Virus record (IMG/VR): IMGVR_UViG_3300031920_000251 | Span: 1 to 42,816 of that record | Direction: 5' to 3' (one strand) | DNA length: 42,816 bases | Source of the DNA: a virus | Shown here: positions 1 to 8,392 of the stretch, in pieces | Layout of the letters: each line of letters starts with the position of its first letter | How positions within the stretch are numbered: the stretch's first letter is position 1 | Position numbers and translations under genes: made by a program | Notes under the pieces: generated by a model | What the model saw: the letters and a program-made list of their open reading frames with translations, nothing else | Told to the model about the DNA's origin: nothing | The model's database searches: none

Positions 1-187
1 TTGTTGGTATAATTGCACCTCTCTAACCTCAATGCCTTCTGGTTTTAATCTCCCAACTGGTATAACAACAGTCGGAACTTATTTTCTAGCATATTGTTGG
101 TATAGTTGCACCTCCTTAACCTCAATGCCCTCTGGCTTTAATTTACCGAGTGGGATAACAACAGTAGGTGATTATTTTCTATATCTT
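1..187 (+). repeat. 93-nt tandem repeat units (continuation of the array at 42439..42816)
   Basis: TGTTGG repeat-unit starts at 2 and 95, with a degenerate unit (TGCTGG) from 188. The period of 93 nt was counted directly. Confidence 0.85.
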
Positions 188-391
188 TGCTGGAATGATT
201 GCACATTATTAGACGATGACGGCTATACAGAAAACATTACATTTGAATTTACTGCTACTGATGTATTCGCAGGAACTTGTCCATTATTACCAGATACAGT
301 AACAGGAACAAAAGAAACACCTGTAAATGTAGCAGTTAATAGATATGTAGAGCCAGTATCAGCAACAGGTAACTTCTTTCAATTATTTTAA
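2..391 (+). CDS. C-terminal part of a BspA-like leucine-rich-repeat (LRR) protein; the 5' part of the same gene is 42103..42816 (gene spans the circular junction)
   Basis: The frame is open from base 2. The translation continues the 31-aa repeat CW.(N/S)CTSLTSMPSGFNLP(T/S)GITTVG.YFL.Y seen at the window end, then a unique tail ending at TAA 389..391. The ORF track entry 32..391 is an internal Met of this frame. Confidence 0.7.
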   Translation, partial: CWYNCTSLTSMPSGFNLPTGITTVGTYFLAYCWYSCTSLTSMPSGFNLPSGITTVGDYFLYLCWNDCTLLDDDGYTENITFEFTATDVFAGTCPLLPDTVTGTKETPVNVAVNRYVEPVSATGNFFQLF

Positions 392-417
392 TAATTTAAT
401 TTTTAATATATAACTTT

Positions 418-609
418 ATGGAAACACAATTAAAAAAAAGGATTAAAAGTTTTGCGTGGCGTGGCGGAGCGATAGCCGTTGTCGCATTATTAGGATTTAT
501 TGCTGAAAATATAGGAGATTTTAATCTGCCTGTGTATGTGATAACTATTGTCGGATTAGTTTGTGGAGAAATTACAAAGTATTTGAATATGGATATTTAT
601 AAAGACTAA
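418..609 (+). CDS. small two-TM membrane protein, holin candidate
   Basis: 63 aa with two hydrophobic segments (GGAIAVVALLGFIA and VYVITIVGLVCG) and a charged C-terminus. It lies in the late block a few genes upstream of the endolysin-like gene. Confidence 0.45.
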   Translation: METQLKKRIKSFAWRGGAIAVVALLGFIAENIGDFNLPVYVITIVGLVCGEITKYLNMDIYKD

Positions 610-612
610 AAT

Positions 613-846
613 ATGAGCGAACAAAATACAAATTTAATAATTGATATGATTAAAGGATTAAAAGATGACAACAAAACTGAACATTTTGAAATAAAAAAAC
701 GGCTTGATACTACGAATGGAAATATTGCAAGGATCAAAACAAGACAATTATATCTGCGTGGCGTATTGATTGGTGCTGGAATTATTTTGTTTGTTTTGGG
801 TTTAATGCCTGAAAGATTATTTCAAATAGTTAGAATGGCTTTTTAA
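613..846 (+). CDS. small membrane protein with a C-terminal TM segment (lysis-associated candidate)
   Basis: 77 aa with a polar N-terminal half and a hydrophobic segment GVLIGAGIILFVLGL. It starts 4 nt after the previous stop. Confidence 0.4.
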   Translation: MSEQNTNLIIDMIKGLKDDNKTEHFEIKKRLDTTNGNIARIKTRQLYLRGVLIGAGIILFVLGLMPERLFQIVRMAF

Positions 847-1033
847 ATATCCTTGAAGATATGTAAACAGGTTGACCGAGTAATCTTAGCTTGCAAAGTC
901 GTAAAATTGCGGGTGAAATCTTGACCGTTTGGACGAGATACTAACCTACCGCTAAGCCAGACGGCATAGTAGCAACGCTCATATTCAATTCAAGAGAGAT
1001 TATTCAAGTCCAGATGACAAAGAAGGAACTCAA

Positions 1034-1267
1034 ATGTTCCAAAAAATTGTTTTTTATAAAATGAATAAAAATGGAAGTTTTGAGAATGGAACTACTATAG
1101 AAGAAATGTTAAGAGTATCAATTGAAAGACTAACTGATTTGAATGAAAAATTTGGATGTAGAGAAAATTCATTAGCAATAGTAAAAATGCAGGAGGCATT
1201 AAGGTTGTTGAACAAACGCACAAAAGATAGAAAAGAAAGAGGAGTTGAAGGAAAACATAAAGTATAG
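1034..1267 (+). CDS. conserved small phage protein of unknown function
   Basis: 77 aa. The motif CRENSLAIVKMQEALRLLNKRTKDRKERGVEG resembles a widespread small phage protein family (REN.LAI.K.EEA..WL..R...R..RGVEG) whose name I cannot recall with certainty. Confidence 0.55.
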   Translation: MFQKIVFYKMNKNGSFENGTTIEEMLRVSIERLTDLNEKFGCRENSLAIVKMQEALRLLNKRTKDRKERGVEGKHKV

Positions 1268-1342
1268 TTATTACACCAGACTGCTAAAAAAGTGGTTTGG
1301 TGTAAAAACTAAAATAAACACAAACAAAAAGGAGAAACAATT

Positions 1343-1531
1343 ATGATGAATTTCATTAAATGTCCATGTTGCAATACACCTTTATCTCTAAACGGTGATG
1401 AAAAACTGGTAACCTGCTCAATCTGCGGGTCAAGAATTAACGCTGATATAGCAAAATACATTTTTGCTATTAGTAGCAAACCAGAACCTCATCATCACTG
1501 CCAACAAAATTGGCTACCTGGGCTTTCATAA
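1343..1531 (+). CDS. zinc-ribbon protein
   Basis: 62 aa with CPCC...CSIC cysteine pairs. It is preceded by AAGGAGA, one of the few Shine-Dalgarno-like sites in the window. Confidence 0.5.
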   Translation: MMNFIKCPCCNTPLSLNGDEKLVTCSICGSRINADIAKYIFAISSKPEPHHHCQQNWLPGLS

Positions 1532-1541
1532 TAGTCCAAAC

Positions 1542-1571
1542 AAAAAAAACGGGGGGTTAAAAAATACCCCC
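1542..1571 (-). terminator. GC hairpin whose U-tail exists only in the minus orientation
   Basis: A8 run 1542..1549, then stem GGGGGT 1552..1557 pairing with ACCCCC 1566..1571 around an 8-nt loop. On the minus strand this reads as a stem followed by T8. Confidence 0.3.
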
Positions 1572-1598
1572 TAAACATTAAAAATTAGTTTTATATAT

Positions 1599-1775
1599 AT
1601 GAGTAGAACAAATAAAGATTGCCCAATAGAATACGGTGGAAAATATAATAAGACACACATAAACAAAAACATTAAACTTGCAAGCAAGAATAAACGAAAA
1701 AAATATAAGAACTCAGAATTTCCTGACGGTTCTTATATAAATAAAATATTGGCTAATCGTCGTGATTGGGATTAA
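1599..1775 (+). CDS. small basic hypothetical protein (58 aa; below the ORF-track cutoff)
   Basis: Hand translation gives MSRTNKDCPIEYGGKYNKTHINKNIKLASKNKRKKYKNSEFPDGSYINKILANRRDWD. It fills an otherwise empty gap in the same orientation. Confidence 0.3.
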   Translation: MSRTNKDCPIEYGGKYNKTHINKNIKLASKNKRKKYKNSEFPDGSYINKILANRRDWD

Positions 1776-1797
1776 TTTAATTTAAACAAATAATTTT

Positions 1798-2208
1798 ATG
1801 TCAAAAGTTTACCTCGGCGGAACTTGCAATAATAGCAAGTGGAGAGAAGATTTAATTAAAATGTTAAAGATTGATTATTTTAATCCTGTTGTTCCTGATT
1901 GGACGGCTGAATGTATGGAAGAAGAAATAAAGCAACGAGGATTATGTGATTATTGTCTTTATGTTATTACTCCGAATATGACAGGAGTTTATTCAATAGC
2001 AGAAGTTATTGATGATAGTAATAAAAGACCAGAGAAAACAATATTTTGTGTTTTAAAAAAAGATAGTAAGGAATATGACGAAGAAGCAACTAAAGGTTTT
2101 AGCGAAGAACAAATAAGGAGTTTAGGAAATGTTGGTAAAATAGTTAAAAAAAATGGTGGTATATTTTTTATGAGCTTAGAGGATGTTGCTAATTATTTAA
2201 ACAAATAA
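1798..2208 (+). CDS. nucleoside 2-deoxyribosyltransferase-like protein
   Basis: VYLGGTCNNSKWREDLI ... FNPVVPDW ... CDYCLYVITPNMTGVYSIAEVIDDSNKRPEKTIF matches my memory of the Nuc_deoxyri_tr2-type family seen in phages. Confidence 0.55.
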   Translation: MSKVYLGGTCNNSKWREDLIKMLKIDYFNPVVPDWTAECMEEEIKQRGLCDYCLYVITPNMTGVYSIAEVIDDSNKRPEKTIFCVLKKDSKEYDEEATKGFSEEQIRSLGNVGKIVKKNGGIFFMSLEDVANYLNK

Positions 2209-2212
2209 TTTT

Positions 2213-3181
2213 ATGGAAAATAAAAATTATGGTTTCATAATTGAAGAGCCGAAAAAAGAAGATTATATTTTAGGTTCAAAACAATTACCTAAAATAGTTT
2301 TACAGCCAGACGGACAATGGGGAGATTGTTTACCTGTTTTTGAAGCACAAAGAAAAAAGATTGAGACTATGGCTTGCGTTTCTTTTTCGGCATTAAATTG
2401 TTTAGAAACTTTACATTATAAATTATTAGGAATTGCATATAATAGAAGTGATAGATTTACTGCAAAGATGTCAGGAACAAATCCATACAAAGGGAACTCA
2501 ATGCGTAATGTAGCAGAGAGCGTGAGAAAACACGGAACGGTTGAAGAGAAATTATGGGACTATGAATATATTGAAAATTTATCAACATATTATAAAACAA
2601 TACCAGACAGTATAATCCAAAAAGGCAAAGATTGGCTAAAAGAATATAATGTTGGTTACGAGTGGATTTATGACAGCGGATTGTCAATAGCACAAAAACA
2701 AGATAGGTTGATAGAGGCGTTGCAATATTCACCTATTCAAGTTGCAGTATATGCTTATGGAAAACAGAAAGGCGGAATATATATTGAAGAGGGAAGAAAT
2801 GCAAATCATGCAGTAGTTATTTATGGATATAAGAAAGGTGAATACTGGAAAATATTTGATTCTTATAAAAATGAATTTAAGAAATTTGCGTGGAACTATA
2901 ATTTTAAATATGCGATGAGATTTAATTTAACTAAAATAAATAAACCTATGTTTAAGCTTGTAAAATTAGAAAATAGTTCAGCGGTGTATTTTGTAGACGC
3001 AGACAATAACAAACACTTATTTAAGAACAAAGGAGCCTTTGTTTCTTACATGGGAAATAATGCTTGGGATTTAATTGAGACTGTTTCGGAAAATCAATTA
3101 TTTATGTATAAGGACGGAGTAGATTTTGATATAAGAAAAATACAACTATTTGATTTTATAACTAATATATTTAAAAAATAA
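2213..3181 (+). CDS. papain-like cysteine peptidase, endolysin candidate, with a C-terminal putative wall-binding domain
   Basis: Candidate Cys nucleophile in MACVSFSALNCLE. His/Asx region NANHAVVIYGYKKGEYWKIFDSY (compare papain HAV..VGY...W.I.NSW). The C-terminal ~85 aa (AVYFVDADNNKHLFKNKGAFVSYMG..W) look like a separate domain. Confidence 0.55.
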   Translation: MENKNYGFIIEEPKKEDYILGSKQLPKIVLQPDGQWGDCLPVFEAQRKKIETMACVSFSALNCLETLHYKLLGIAYNRSDRFTAKMSGTNPYKGNSMRNVAESVRKHGTVEEKLWDYEYIENLSTYYKTIPDSIIQKGKDWLKEYNVGYEWIYDSGLSIAQKQDRLIEALQYSPIQVAVYAYGKQKGGIYIEEGRNANHAVVIYGYKKGEYWKIFDSYKNEFKKFAWNYNFKYAMRFNLTKINKPMFKLVKLENSSAVYFVDADNNKHLFKNKGAFVSYMGNNAWDLIETVSENQLFMYKDGVDFDIRKIQLFDFITNIFKK

Positions 3182-3185
3182 TTTT

Positions 3186-5171
3186 ATGTTCAAAAAAATT
3201 CTATTCCTATGTTATGCGATTACAGTATTCTGTTTCACGATGACAGGACACATCGTTAACGCAGAAAATTACGCGACGGCAATTAACTTAGACACAGGAC
3301 ATCGCAAAGTAGTTGAGATTGGAAGTGCTGACGCTTTTGCTGGCAACTATGTTTTAGAGGTAGCAAGCGGTTATTCACTCACAGAGCAAGAAGAGGGAAT
3401 GCTCGGCTATTCAGTAGCCTCAGGGTATAAAACAGTCTTATCAGCGTCAATGACAGCGACACAGACAACAGTCCCAGTCTCATCATTGGCATTGCCAGAC
3501 GACCACACGCTTGTAATGGCAGACTTAGGAGATAAAGTATTTTTAACATTACAGCCGTCATCTTCCAATAAAAAAGAGATTGTAATGTGTACAGGAATTT
3601 CAGGCAGTAATTGGACTGGTTGCACCCGTGGACTTGCTTTTTATGGCACTTCAACAGCATCAGTCGCAGACAACAGAGAAAAGCACTCATCAGGCTCAAT
3701 CGTGATTATGTCAAATGTTCATTATGCTTATGATGAGTTAATGGATAAAGACACAGACGAAACAATAGCAGGAGATAAAACATTTTCAGGCACTCTTGAT
3801 TTTACGACTACTGGAACGATTGATTTTGCAAGCGTAATTCCAACAATGCCAACGACTGCCCCGACAACAGACGACCAAGTAGCAAGCAAGAGTTATGTTG
3901 ACGGCGTAGCGATAGCAGCCGCATCAACTTCAACAGAAGCAACCGCAGGAATTGGAGAATTATCAACCGCAACCGAACAAGCCAACAATACTTTTGACGC
4001 CAGCAACCCAACATTTTTATCAACAAAATATTCATCAGATAATACTACTGGGTATGTTTTAATGGAAGAGCAAACGGCAAGTTCAACAGACCAAATTGCA
4101 ACTTCAACGATACATCTTGCTCAAACTTTTAAAACAGATACAGCAACAACAAGAATTACAAGATTAAGTTTAGATTTGAAAAAAACATTAGCACCGACTG
4201 GCACTACAACTATATCGCTTTTCTCAACCTCAAACGATAATCCAGATACAAGTTTAGGAGTTATGGGAACAATAAGTTCATCAACAATGACAACTTCTTA
4301 TATTACTTATAGCGTTGATGACTTAAATATAAATGTTAGTCCGAATAAAACTTATGCAATAGTTTTATCAACAACAGGAACAGACGCAACTAATTATATT
4401 AACTGGCGATATAAAGATACGAATGTTTATTCAGACGGAAGTTATTTTATAAGTGAAGATAGTGGTTCAACTTTTACTGCGTCAACGACATTAGATTTTG
4501 TTTTTAAAGTTTATGGGAACGAGCCGTCAACCAGCAATATGGTTATAGTTTCAGATGATGACGGAAAATTAGACCATAGTTGGATAGATACAAGTGATAA
4601 CTTTACCTTTACAGGTGAAAACACTTTTTCAGGTGAAAACACTTTTTCAGCAACAACGACAATGGCAACAACGACGATTACTGATTTGATTGTTAGTGGG
4701 ACTAATGTTGATGGAGTTATTGATGGTAGTAACGCTGATAGTTTACATACTCATTCCTTAGGTGGTCTTGGATTAGTCGCACAAGGTCAAGGTTCAATAG
4801 CAAAAGGTCAAGTTATAACACAAGATACAACTCACGGATTAGGAGGAACTCCTTCGCTTATTATAATAACCGCTTTTGCAAGAATTGATGACGATGCTGC
4901 ATCTGGTGATGGAAGCAGTTATGGGACAGCGACAAGCATAGGGGTTGGAACAGCAAGTATTAGGGCAGACGCAGGAGGAGGAAGTGAAATTTGCTCTGGG
5001 CAAGATACCTCTCATATTATTTCAATAAACGATGCTGTTTATGATAATGCTTGTAATGCAATCGCTACGGCGACTATTTCAGCAAGGTCTTCAACTATAT
5101 TTACTCTTAATTGGGATGTAAATGCGAATGTAGGAAGCACAAGACATTACCAATGGATAGCGTTTAGATAA
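3186..5171 (+). CDS. tail-fibre-like protein with an N-terminal Sec-type signal sequence
   Basis: 661 aa, T/S/G-rich. Fibre-type motifs DDQVASKSYVDG and IDGSNADSLHTHS (HxH). The N-terminus MFKKILFLCYAITVFCFTMTGHIVNA looks like a signal peptide. It shares a TFSATTTMATTT module with 41056..42075. Confidence 0.55.
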   Translation: MFKKILFLCYAITVFCFTMTGHIVNAENYATAINLDTGHRKVVEIGSADAFAGNYVLEVASGYSLTEQEEGMLGYSVASGYKTVLSASMTATQTTVPVSSLALPDDHTLVMADLGDKVFLTLQPSSSNKKEIVMCTGISGSNWTGCTRGLAFYGTSTASVADNREKHSSGSIVIMSNVHYAYDELMDKDTDETIAGDKTFSGTLDFTTTGTIDFASVIPTMPTTAPTTDDQVASKSYVDGVAIAAASTSTEATAGIGELSTATEQANNTFDASNPTFLSTKYSSDNTTGYVLMEEQTASSTDQIATSTIHLAQTFKTDTATTRITRLSLDLKKTLAPTGTTTISLFSTSNDNPDTSLGVMGTISSSTMTTSYITYSVDDLNINVSPNKTYAIVLSTTGTDATNYINWRYKDTNVYSDGSYFISEDSGSTFTASTTLDFVFKVYGNEPSTSNMVIVSDDDGKLDHSWIDTSDNFTFTGENTFSGENTFSATTTMATTTITDLIVSGTNVDGVIDGSNADSLHTHSLGGLGLVAQGQGSIAKGQVITQDTTHGLGGTPSLIIITAFARIDDDAASGDGSSYGTATSIGVGTASIRADAGGGSEICSGQDTSHIISINDAVYDNACNAIATATISARSSTIFTLNWDVNANVGSTRHYQWIAFR

Positions 5172-5233
5172 TATTTAAGCGAGGTTATCAAACCGATAGC
5201 CTTGCCGATAATATAATTTAAAAAATTAAAATT

Positions 5234-6403
5234 ATGCAAAAAACATTATTATCCACAATATTGTCAAGAATGGACAGAACCCAAACTCTTAATACCATAG
5301 AAACTCAGTTTAAAGTCCGCGACATTGACGAAGCAATAAGAACACTCCGAAGAGATATGAAATTGCCATGGGCATTAAAAAAAGGAACGCTTAAAGTGTT
5401 CCAAGATGTTTTAGAATATCCGATAGCAGACGATCACGACCAACTTGCTTATTTAGACAGTTCAAAAGACAAATCATATTTAGAAAAAATGCAAGGAGTT
5501 TTTACTTCCTTTAAAGAATTTTATGAAAACCCAGATGGCCGAGATGACATTGCTGATATTTGGGACAGCGGAGATAGATTTTTAGGAGTTCGTTATTCAG
5601 GAATAAGAACAGGAAGCCAAGAAGTAGAAAGCGGAGAAACAAGCGATAATTACACAGCAAGTGCAGACGCTGTTTCTGTTGAAGACGAAACTGTTTTATA
5701 TAAAAAAGGTAATGGCTCAATAAAAGTGAATGTAACGGAAAGCACAGATATAGCGACTGTTGAATGCGATTTTACAAATATCAATGACAGCGAATATAAA
5801 GAAAAATACTTTTTTGTTTGGGTATATTTAAAAAGTATTCCGACATCCATTGATTTAAAATTTGGCAATGATAGTTCAAATTATTTAACAGAAAACTTAA
5901 CCACACAATTTAGCGGACAATCTTTTAAAGCAGAGGCGTGGAATTTGCTTGCAATAAATTTAGACGAAGCAACAGAAGTCGGCACAATAACACCTTCAAC
6001 TTTTAGTAAATATTTTATAACAATAAACGGCGTTTCAACAGGAGCGTATTATATTGACCGCTCATATTTAAGAGGGTGGGAATTATTAGATTATTGGTAT
6101 TATTCAAGATATAGCGTAATGCTTACTGGCTCATCTGTTGCAGACCAAGAATACTTTTTTAATAGCAGTGAAGTATATTCAACAGACAGCGAACTTGTCG
6201 GAGATAGTGAATGGATAGATGTAATTATGTATGAAGCAATGCTAACTGGAATTGACGAAAAAGAGAACGAAGCACTTGCTCAAAAAATTAGAGCGAAAAA
6301 AGCCGAAGCGTGGCAGAAGTTGGGTGGAAGATACCCAGATTTAACTCCTTTAATAACTACTACAAGGTGGGTTTTCTCAGACGACCCATTAAGTTTAATT
6401 TAA
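5234..6403 (+). CDS. virion-module hypothetical protein
   Basis: 389-aa ORF in the late operon, tightly packed with its neighbours. No motif recognised. Confidence 0.5.
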   Translation: MQKTLLSTILSRMDRTQTLNTIETQFKVRDIDEAIRTLRRDMKLPWALKKGTLKVFQDVLEYPIADDHDQLAYLDSSKDKSYLEKMQGVFTSFKEFYENPDGRDDIADIWDSGDRFLGVRYSGIRTGSQEVESGETSDNYTASADAVSVEDETVLYKKGNGSIKVNVTESTDIATVECDFTNINDSEYKEKYFFVWVYLKSIPTSIDLKFGNDSSNYLTENLTTQFSGQSFKAEAWNLLAINLDEATEVGTITPSTFSKYFITINGVSTGAYYIDRSYLRGWELLDYWYYSRYSVMLTGSSVADQEYFFNSSEVYSTDSELVGDSEWIDVIMYEAMLTGIDEKENEALAQKIRAKKAEAWQKLGGRYPDLTPLITTTRWVFSDDPLSLI

Positions 6404-6404
6404 T

Positions 6405-8375
6405 ATGGAATTAACATTAAAACAATTTATTGTATATTTTATATTTATTCTTATGTTAGGAACAGGAATATCATTTTTAATAATGAAAATTCCTGTTCAA
6501 CCTGACGGCGTTGTGGGAGAAGATATTTTAGGCGGTGAAGACGAAATGCTAGGAGCAAGTTATCCAAACGCTCAATGGATGATAATAAATAAATTTGACG
6601 GTTATCAGACTAAATTTGACCCTGCTAAAATTAGTAATGGAGCAAACCCGCAAGGGCAAAATACAACAATAAACGAGGGCGACAGAATTTCAATTAGGAA
6701 TCAAGGCTTTGAATTATTTCCAGAAGACGCTACACAAGCGACAAGCACAACACCCATTAAAACTTTACATACTTTCAGGAAGAGAGACGGAAGCAATGTT
6801 ATGATGAGAACTTACGGAACAGTTATTGAATATTTAGAGGAAGATAACGACACTTGGGAAACCTTAAAAACAGGACTAACTACTGGCAAAAAATTCGGAT
6901 TTGCCGATTATAATATAAATACAGACTTACACTCATATACTTATTTTGGCAATGGCTATGATAATGCTATGCGTTGGAGCGGAGACCATACAATAATAAA
7001 CGGAGCGGTAGGAATAGGAACGACAACAATAACGGTAGATGATACAGACGGCTTTTTATCAAGTGGAAGTATTATTTATTGTGATACTGAAATCGCTTAT
7101 TCGGCAGTTTCAGCAACAACATTCACAGTCGCAACAACTACTGTCGCTTGTGCTGATAATAGAGGAGTAGCACAAATAGTCACGGAATATTCCGCTCACC
7201 CAGAGGGTAATATTTATTTAACCGCTAATAACAGATTATTTATTGGTGGAATTACAGATGTTGACCAAGCAGTTTATTTTAGTGAATACGGAGATGCCAC
7301 TAATTTTGTTGGTGCTAATTTAGTTTTAGATAGCACAGATACAAGCCCCGGTATTTTCAATTTAGGAGAGGGTGGCGGAGCAGTTAAAGGAATGTTGTTA
7401 GATGAAAATTCAATCTATATTTTTAAGAAAAGCATAATTTATAAAGCAACTTTGAATGATACGACTTACACGCTTGACCCATTAAAACCGTTTGATGGAA
7501 AAAGCCAGACTATTGGCGGAGTTCATAATCAGTCAGTTTTTAGCGGAGGCAATGGAATATTTTTTATAACTCCTGATAATCAGATAATGTATTTAACAAG
7601 AGTAGAGGGCGTTGATTATCCGCAAGTAGTTCCTATAAGCGATATAATTAAATTGACTTTAACAGACGCAGATTTTAGCTCATCCGCTGGAATAGTTTTT
7701 AAAGATAAAGCGTATTTTTCTTTTAAAACATTAAATACAGACACTTATAATAATACAGTTTTTGTATATAATATTAAAAATCAATTTTGGGATAGTCCGA
7801 TAGTCGGTTGGAATGTTAGCGACTTTACTATTTATGATGATGACACAAGCGAAGAATTGTATTTTGCGGACGCTAATTCTAACAATGTATATAAAGTTAT
7901 TGATATTCCGAGAGATAACGAAAACGATGTAAAGGCAAGTTGGAGAAGCAAGCAGTTTGATTTTGGCAGTCCTCATCTTTTAAAGCAGATTGTTGGCGTT
8001 TATGTTGAAGGCTATATTTCACCGAACACAGAATTAAATATAAGTTTGTTAGCCGATGAAAATGGCTATACGCAAGTAGCCAGCACAGACTTTTTAGGAA
8101 CTGAAACAGATTATCTTTTTGATGCGGAAGATTATAATCTATTTGGATTGTCTGCCTTTGGGACTAAAAGATTTGGCGCTCAAACAGAAACATCATTAAA
8201 GAAAAAGTTTAGAGTATATCTTAATAAAGGATTAAGAATTGAACCGATTTATAACGCACAGATTGAATTTCTTTCAGACGGAGAAAATATGCAATGGGAG
8301 GTTAGCAGTATTGGTATTCAGTATAGGATATTTTCTCAACCTATTAAAAGCGGATTGATAAGAAAATTTAATTAA
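6405..8375 (+). CDS. large virion-module protein with an N-terminal hydrophobic segment
   Basis: 656-aa ORF starting 2 nt after the previous stop. N-terminus FIVYFIFILMLGTGISFLIMKI. No catalytic motif recognised. Confidence 0.5.
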   Translation: MELTLKQFIVYFIFILMLGTGISFLIMKIPVQPDGVVGEDILGGEDEMLGASYPNAQWMIINKFDGYQTKFDPAKISNGANPQGQNTTINEGDRISIRNQGFELFPEDATQATSTTPIKTLHTFRKRDGSNVMMRTYGTVIEYLEEDNDTWETLKTGLTTGKKFGFADYNINTDLHSYTYFGNGYDNAMRWSGDHTIINGAVGIGTTTITVDDTDGFLSSGSIIYCDTEIAYSAVSATTFTVATTTVACADNRGVAQIVTEYSAHPEGNIYLTANNRLFIGGITDVDQAVYFSEYGDATNFVGANLVLDSTDTSPGIFNLGEGGGAVKGMLLDENSIYIFKKSIIYKATLNDTTYTLDPLKPFDGKSQTIGGVHNQSVFSGGNGIFFITPDNQIMYLTRVEGVDYPQVVPISDIIKLTLTDADFSSSAGIVFKDKAYFSFKTLNTDTYNNTVFVYNIKNQFWDSPIVGWNVSDFTIYDDDTSEELYFADANSNNVYKVIDIPRDNENDVKASWRSKQFDFGSPHLLKQIVGVYVEGYISPNTELNISLLADENGYTQVASTDFLGTETDYLFDAEDYNLFGLSAFGTKRFGAQTETSLKKKFRVYLNKGLRIEPIYNAQIEFLSDGENMQWEVSSIGIQYRIFSQPIKSGLIRKFN

Positions 8376-8392
8376 ATATAAATTATAAAAAT

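Noticed and set aside
1-100. The 100-nt terminal identity as a genuine phage direct terminal repeat
   Set aside because: An exactly 100-nt overlap lying inside a tandem repeat array is more typical of a circular-assembly overlap. A true DTR cannot be excluded without read-end data.
850-1030. A second group I intron
   Set aside because: Only isolated core-like strings are present. There is no guide-sequence pairing, no consistent P3/P7/P8 set and no gene that would be restored by splicing. Both flanking ORFs look complete. It is kept only as an unexplained structured spacer.
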